From: Fibrobacterales bacterium
GTDB lineage: Bacteria; Fibrobacterota; Fibrobacteria; Fibrobacterales; JAOPTW01
DNA length: 22,749 nt
Direction: 5' to 3'
Assembly: GCA_051532035.1 (NCBI GenBank)
Contig: JAOPTW010000014.1
Span: forward strand, 206,608 to 229,356
Made by a program: the position numbers and the translations under genes. Within the stretch, counting starts at the first letter, position 1, and every line of letters begins with the position of its first letter. Shown in pieces: positions 18,301 to 22,749 of this stretch. The notes beneath the pieces are model-generated. The model saw only the letters and a list, made by a program, of their open reading frames with translations, searched no databases and was not told the origin of the DNA.

Positions 18301-21300
18301 TGTTGGCTTTCGAGGCGGCAATTTAACAAAAGTTCACTCCCATATGACTTCTGACTCCTCTCAAATAGCAATGGCAGCAAATGGTTTAAGAGCTATAGGA
18401 TTAACCAATTTCATAGCTGGCCTAAACAAAGGCATTGAGATAATTAAACAAGAGGCCTTAGGTTCTAAAACGATTATTGCCTTTACCGATGGAGCGATTA
18501 CCGACTCTATTTATGCAAGTACCCTTGACTCAGCCATTAAATACGATATTGCTATTCACATAATTGGGCTTGAAGAGGACCTTCATGCACCATGGGTAAA
18601 AGCATTTGCTGACTCTACAGGCGGGGGTATTTATGAGAATGTCTATCGAGGTGACTTTGGAGCCCTTTTTAACACAATTCGATCTGGTATTAAATCTCAA
18701 TATGAAATATGTTATGTTTCTCCCGATCGAGTTTTTGATTATGACACCAATGATGTCCATATTAAGCTCAACCTTCTTGGTAAGACCAGTAATGATGAAA
18801 CATCCTGGATTGAAAAGGATATTCCTCCTAATGTTAAATTGACCGAGACTACCAAAAGTCTCATGAGCACATCACAATCTCGATCTACATTAACTATACA
18901 AGCCTACGTAACAGATAATAGTGCCATCGACAATGTCTACCTCTATCACAGGATTGCAACACCAGATGATCGAAATGATTTTATGGTTGCCCCTATGCGA
19001 CTCTATCGCGATAGTACGTACAGCGGCACCATAACTACTAGCTACGTAAATTCTCCAGGGGTTGAATTTTACATAGTTGCCCAAGATGATTCTGGCCTCA
19101 AAGCCAAAGCCCCCAACAAACAGTTTCCCCAATTAGAACCATATTTTATAGCCATAGGAACTCCCCCACCAACTATTAACTTTACCACTCAAGGTTGCTT
19201 TGACCCTGGCCTTGATTCATACCCCTTCTCTGGCTTAGTAACCGACAACTATGGTATAAGCAGCCTTGTACTCTATCAAAAATTTATACAAGATCCTTTT
19301 TTTGAAAAAGAGACTCTCACCGTAATCGATTCATCATTCTCAGGTGAGCTTCCCGTATTAGCAGATGACACCCTCTCCTTTTACTTACGAGCCCGTAACA
19401 TCCATGGCGCATCAACCTATTATCCTAGTGCAGATGGTGGTCTCCAACTCCTCCCTTGTGGCCCTTTCGAAGCCCCAACAGCAACCCTCTCCCCCGACAG
19501 CACCGTCACTGACTCTCTCTTCTTGAATTCAACCCATGTAATCCTCAGCTCCGTCTATGATACTGTAGCACCCAATGCGCGCATCTACTATGCCACCCAT
19601 GACAGCATCACTCTCGACACTACCGCTCTATACGTGACGAGTGGGGACACTCTTTTTATCGACAAGACAACACATTTTACTATGCGAGCATACAACCCCA
19701 TAGGAAACAAATGGGTTGGCCCTATCGGATATGCAAGCTTCTATCTCACTCGTCTCGAACCACTTGAGCCACCAACCTTTGTTAAGGTCGACAATCTTTT
19801 GTATGATGACTGGTATTTTACTGACTCAATGAAAGTAGAAATAACTGCTGCGGATAGCTTTACTGAGCGCATCTACTACATTTGGCCCGGCGCCGAACAT
19901 GATTCCATTTATGCCTATAGTGGCGACACCATAACCATATATGCACAAAAAGATGTAGAGTCTATATTTTACAGAGCGTATGCATGGGCAGCATTTATCG
20001 ACTCAAGCCCAAATACTATGCAACGTTTTGACATTGCCCCTAAAGCACCGGCCCCGATCATGCTCTTAAATGGAGATACAGTCACCGGTGCAATTGCACT
20101 TAAAGATTCTGTCTGTGTACAACTTACAAGTGATATAGATAGCACATCTGTTATCTTCTACTCCTACGATACCATTAACTATAACGACAGTGTACCCTCA
20201 GGAGAAACGATCTGTATAACCAAAGATGCAACTATTACCGCCTATGCACGATCACGCCGTCATCAGCCAGGTGACAAAGGCGAATGGGAATTCTTTATAC
20301 CTCCCCCAGAAGAGAGAGTAAGTATCAAAGGCACCCTCAACAGTGCAGTGGCATATATACGCGATGGCGACATAGATGGCCATGCAGACACAGTGAGCCT
20401 GATATTCTCTCAACCACTGTACGCATTACCCACATCAATCCCCGCCCTCTACTGGAACCAGGTAGACGCAGCTCATGCTATAACAGTAACCCCAGAGATG
20501 ATTAGCTTTTTTAGGACCAACAACATTGATGATTCATCGAGAGTAATTATCGATCTCTCCTCAATTCAAGCTACAATCAACGGAACAGGGCTCGAAGCAG
20601 GTGCCCTCCCCTATATTCAACTCCCCGAAGATGAAGTGTTTAGTAATGAGAAAATCTATCTCGCCGATAGAGTATCACCACTCCTTCTTTCAGTCGTTAA
20701 AAAACCAACTACTTCACAAAGCGGAGGAGAATATTCTGGGGAATTTGATAGCAGCGACCGATTGACCTTCACCTTTTCAGAACCTGTTATAGCTACTGAC
20801 GAGGAGCCATTAGATTCTTGGCTTGCACAATTCACCTATCTCCCCAATTGTGACACCACCTATCCTTATACGCTCCCTATCACCTCACTCACACAAACAG
20901 ATGATGAAGGGCGCATTTGGGAAGGTATTGCAGCCAATAATACTATGCGGGTAAATGGCTGTATCACAGTACTCCCAGACACCAACCTCATTGCCGATTC
21001 ACTCACCAATGAACTCGCCCATACGACCACCCCTATAACGGGCCTCGATAAAGTAACCAGTGCCGATGTTGCTGTAGACACCCCTATTGCCAACCACATA
21101 CTGGGTCACACCATCACCATTACCTCAGAAGAGACTTATAGCGCTGAAATTCACATTTTCGATTCATACGGACAATTTGTACGCCTTGTCAAAGGGAGTG
21201 CACAGCCATTACCCCTTGATGAAAATGGAGTGATTGATCCAACAAAACCTAAAAAGAAGATCCCTACACGTATTCGTTGGGATGCACGAGATGAAAATAA

Positions 21301-21403
21301 TAGAAGAGTAGCAACAGGCGTATACTTCTGGCGAGTAATTCTTAAGTATTCAGATGGAAACAATGAGAGCTTCCTTATTAAGACTGGTATTCTTTCGGAG
21401 TAA
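15338..21403 (+). CDS. Large secreted adhesin-like protein: ~9 divergent InlB B-type repeats, vWA domain, Ig-like and FN3-associated repeats, conserved C-terminal module
   Basis: Signal peptide (TQA|Q). Repeats with a Y-x-F-x-x-W core (YLFDHW, YSWDEW, YEFLQW, KIFWEW, YVFSHW, YRFSRW, NEFKTW, YTFDSW, FEFQEW). vWA with intact MIDAS LVMDESRS, plus TNF and FTDG. Three P-x-x...I[YF]Y FN3-associated-like units. The C-terminus has FDSYGQF...WDARDENNRRVATGVYFW. Confidence 0.85.
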   Translation: MQLFIKQFTVMLFFIITTASFTQAQTYESEVSISSSYGNLYINSSRVTSQIVVQKDDKHQVFVIPQSTYLFDHWESSTGVTFDNANSDTTYFTPTNDKVTITAIFKRDMCSISFQSATGGHASTSDTSVVCGEYLSIDATADAGYSWDEWNRTSGSGTFSNGSSYSSSTKSTRFRPSSKTVTLRPSFERNKQNFTLTVKYNNEALNDPPNENHSVTEGDSHYVTAPTGKTGYEFLQWIEDPTSTCSIRSSSSRSTYVYVHEDCIVRATYQPLLKLYVTADPEGSITTPGSSYIYTSSGDREYITASSTGSNGKIFWEWEVKSGSASIYSIGDNSTSAYIRNSSNATVNAKYVTPLKLTAEASTGGRISTPSSGRNNLVRPKYSESITAYVTDPKYVFSHWTVESGTATIYDTRDNSTTVTLTTDATVKAHFVASKKMLTVYADTASVQFFNENHDIFSDTTLQFTVPENIGMYRFSRWAITGSYPQPTISSLNDTTITVKLNHNAATLHAIYMPVFDVFIRTEGNGTINYDTLKRKIYGEDLSITATPNNNNEFKTWTSVLDSTYIYSRSYSTTSITLRGHDTLIAHIDSLYLLKIDPSLGGHILNYQGYLFDSLRLPASETAIIEVEPDNIYTFDSWDTLQGSPTITNYSTDFYRVSLNSDTHLKPIFIKNKLTYPIMQKDSTYSFTTHGGPTTTMQYDGIFYSLEANGRPIKLVFSDSLSNFNKTLSFYGTDSTFTSTAQRVSTIYGDTNEVFNGLDSGVTYYFKVAPYSSSYLSRSFLLHYESGTRLNVISKYGRATPTGYKSLFSGDSLSIALTSYRGFEFQEWIIEDGTINFADGSSTDTAIVITTSGPTARIRADYLLDTRANPFLSILGEPNIDDHPRICITTQVEDTTFLPSFFYRGLDSANFTVWQQNRDVTASLPNPAAHVYPIDVSTELIGSNFMLVMDESRSLDMSGHDTSAFIQASRNAVRDFANNMNSLDKTGIVGFRGGNLTKVHSHMTSDSSQIAMAANGLRAIGLTNFIAGLNKGIEIIKQEALGSKTIIAFTDGAITDSIYASTLDSAIKYDIAIHIIGLEEDLHAPWVKAFADSTGGGIYENVYRGDFGALFNTIRSGIKSQYEICYVSPDRVFDYDTNDVHIKLNLLGKTSNDETSWIEKDIPPNVKLTETTKSLMSTSQSRSTLTIQAYVTDNSAIDNVYLYHRIATPDDRNDFMVAPMRLYRDSTYSGTITTSYVNSPGVEFYIVAQDDSGLKAKAPNKQFPQLEPYFIAIGTPPPTINFTTQGCFDPGLDSYPFSGLVTDNYGISSLVLYQKFIQDPFFEKETLTVIDSSFSGELPVLADDTLSFYLRARNIHGASTYYPSADGGLQLLPCGPFEAPTATLSPDSTVTDSLFLNSTHVILSSVYDTVAPNARIYYATHDSITLDTTALYVTSGDTLFIDKTTHFTMRAYNPIGNKWVGPIGYASFYLTRLEPLEPPTFVKVDNLLYDDWYFTDSMKVEITAADSFTERIYYIWPGAEHDSIYAYSGDTITIYAQKDVESIFYRAYAWAAFIDSSPNTMQRFDIAPKAPAPIMLLNGDTVTGAIALKDSVCVQLTSDIDSTSVIFYSYDTINYNDSVPSGETICITKDATITAYARSRRHQPGDKGEWEFFIPPPEERVSIKGTLNSAVAYIRDGDIDGHADTVSLIFSQPLYALPTSIPALYWNQVDAAHAITVTPEMISFFRTNNIDDSSRVIIDLSSIQATINGTGLEAGALPYIQLPEDEVFSNEKIYLADRVSPLLLSVVKKPTTSQSGGEYSGEFDSSDRLTFTFSEPVIATDEEPLDSWLAQFTYLPNCDTTYPYTLPITSLTQTDDEGRIWEGIAANNTMRVNGCITVLPDTNLIADSLTNELAHTTTPITGLDKVTSADVAVDTPIANHILGHTITITSEETYSAEIHIFDSYGQFVRLVKGSAQPLPLDENGVIDPTKPKKKIPTRIRWDARDENNRRVATGVYFWRVILKYSDGNNESFLIKTGILSE

Positions 21404-21442
21404 CCCGTAAAGAAGATTTACTCGATAATAATTCTATAGCAG

Positions 21443-21484
21443 AAAGCCCCCGAAACCAATGTGGTTACTCGGGGGCTTTTATTT
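21443..21484. terminator. Rho-independent terminator, probably bidirectional
   Basis: AAAGCCCCCGA...TCGGGGGCTTT with an inner AACCA/TGGTT stem, followed by TATTT. It lies between convergent genes. Confidence 0.8.
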
Positions 21485-21587
21485 CTACATCGAACGAGTC
21501 ACTACAGTACTTCTAATAAAATCCCAATAAGGATAACAGCCAAGTCTATAAATACATCAACAACCATCTCTAACATAGTATTCCAAC

Positions 21588-22358
21588 CTACACACTTTTA
21601 TTAACACTATATTGCGATCCATCTGCAGTGCGCTCAAGAAAGGCATAATCAATAAGATACCGTCGCATCTCTATATAGTCGTGATAGACCGGCTTTAGAA
21701 TCTCATTCACTTCCTTCTCACTATACGAAGCTCCTTTCTTAAAGAGCTGGCTGACTCGTTTAAGAATAACTAATTTAATCTTTTGCTTTTTGGGAAATCG
21801 CAACACCTTATATGGATCTTTAGGGTCAAAATAAGTTTCGTATATTTTTTGTGCCTCACCCCCAGAGACTACTGCTCGGTCATCTTGTGTAGGAAGATCA
21901 GCATGGAATGAAAGAAAGTTTTCTGAATTATTTGTTCGTTGTTCTAAAATTTCCATCAGTGCGAGAAGTCTCTTCGCCTCCCGTTTCTTTCTCCTCAAGG
22001 TAGAGCGCTGATTACGAATCGTCGATTCGGACTTCCCTCCAAGCTGCGCCGCAATATCTTTATCACTCGCCCCTGAATACATACACTCAAGTAACTCCTT
22101 TTGGATATCACTTATGCCAGTAACCTCTTTCCCCCCCGCAAGTAACTCATGAAACACTCCGCCATGCTCCTGAGCCACATGAACCTCTACTGCTTTGTGA
22201 GCCTCTAGTAACAGTTTTTCGTGAGGGTAGATTACACCCCTATGGAATTTTTTACCACAGATGATACAAGAGAGCTCCCCTTTTTTCTGATCAATAACCA
22301 CCCCTTTCACAACATTTTCTAAAGGGGCAGTTTCTATACAATTTTCGAGAAAATCCAT
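21588..22358 (-). CDS. DUF2087-domain protein with N-terminal C2H2-like Zn site and LuxR-like HTH; putative regulator
   Basis: CIICGKKF...HVAQEH metal site. ISDIQKELL..MYSGASDKDIAAQLG..SESTIRNQ forms the HTH. The C-terminal FPKKQK..YSEKEVNEILK..DYIEMRRYLIDYAFLER..GSQY is the DUF2087 signature. Confidence 0.85.
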   Translation of the reverse strand: MDFLENCIETAPLENVVKGVVIDQKKGELSCIICGKKFHRGVIYPHEKLLLEAHKAVEVHVAQEHGGVFHELLAGGKEVTGISDIQKELLECMYSGASDKDIAAQLGGKSESTIRNQRSTLRRKKREAKRLLALMEILEQRTNNSENFLSFHADLPTQDDRAVVSGGEAQKIYETYFDPKDPYKVLRFPKKQKIKLVILKRVSQLFKKGASYSEKEVNEILKPVYHDYIEMRRYLIDYAFLERTADGSQYSVNKSV

Positions 22359-22390
22359 TATATACCAAGCATATTAACAATTCATCTATA

Positions 22391-22419
22391 AATATATGGT
22401 TTTAGAGTCAGTAAGTCAA
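22391..22419 (-). promoter_or_regulatory. Putative sigma-70 promoter of the DUF2087 gene
   Basis: The minus strand has TTGACT (22419-22414), a 17-nt spacer and TATATT (22396-22391), ~32 nt upstream of ATG 22358. Confidence 0.6.
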
Positions 22420-22499
22420 CCAAATAGTAGTCAAATATTGATAACGTCTATTATTTAGTAGTCTCACAGGTAAATGTACTCCATATGAACTATGGACAC

Positions 22500-22532
22500 A
22501 AAAAAAGGGCAGGTCGATTGACCTGCCCTTTT
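22500..22532 (-). terminator. Rho-independent terminator of rpsA
   Basis: Perfect 13-bp stem AAAAGGGCAGGTC-gatt-GACCTGCCCTTTT ending in seven U on the minus strand, 26 nt after the stop. Confidence 0.9.
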
Positions 22533-22558
22533 AGAAAGAATATTTTCAGATATTCAGA

Positions 22559-22749
22559 CTAGCTTTCAAGACCTGCATCTGCAAGATTAGTACCTGCATT
22601 TGTAGGTGGGTGTTCTGCTAAGTACGCTTGGAACTCAGCATCATCTTTTTGTTTGAAATAGTCAACAGTGCTTAAGAAAAGCTTTCTGTTACTATGATCA
22701 AGTTCCATTACTACTGCAGGAACTACATCTTCAAGTTTGAATGCTTCAG
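22559..22749 (-). CDS. rpsA: 30S ribosomal protein S1, C-terminal end (truncated by the window edge)
   Basis: Not in the ORF track. Hand translation gives EAFKLEDVVPAVVMELDHSNRKLFLSTVDYFKQKDDAEFQAYLAEHPPTNAGTNLADAGLES*. This matches the end of the last S1 domain (F..xD.V.A.V...D...RK+.LS) plus the usual helical tail (T-L-A/G-D). A strong terminator follows. Confidence 0.8.
   Translation of the reverse strand, partial: EAFKLEDVVPAVVMELDHSNRKLFLSTVDYFKQKDDAEFQAYLAEHPPTNAGTNLADAGLES

Noticed and set aside
689..21363. The many 60-116 aa ORFs in the track that overlap long CDSs (antisense or alternate frame)
   Set aside because: They lie entirely within well-supported genes and have no recognisable motifs; such shadow ORFs are expected.
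1..22749. CRISPR array, tRNA/rRNA, IS, prophage or defence system
   Set aside because: I saw no regularly spaced repeats, cloverleafs, or transposase, integrase, nuclease or phage motifs.

Overview
AT-rich bacterial chromosomal segment with no tRNA, rRNA, CRISPR array or mobile element that I can see. It has eight complete CDSs and two edge-truncated ones. The housekeeping-type genes are a long-form RluA-family pseudouridine synthase, a divergent shikimate dehydrogenase-family enzyme, a Zn-finger/HTH/DUF2087 protein and the 3' end of rpsA. Interleaved with them is a cluster of exported proteins: a CotH-kinase lipoprotein, a vWA protein, a GH5 glycosidase with a CBM, a 1345-aa IgGFc-binding/malectin protein and a 2021-aa InlB-B-repeat/vWA adhesin-like protein. 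Three of the exported proteins end in the same C-terminal module ([YF]-D/S-x-x-G/A-Q-F ... W ... RRV[GA][ST]GV ... G-hydrophobic-hydrophobic), and the two largest share the last ~350-430 aa, starting at a Dx[DN]xDGHAD motif. From memory this resembles the C-termini of Fibrobacterota surface proteins, so a Fibrobacterota/FCB-group host is my inference, not a search result. Most notable: a modular 'variable head + shared tail' surface-protein family, dense D-[ST]-[AILVMT] O-glycosylation-like sequons in the 2021-aa protein, a malectin domain inserted inside an Ig repeat, a deaminase-like Cys motif in the RluA extension, and recurring intergenic motifs and hairpins.
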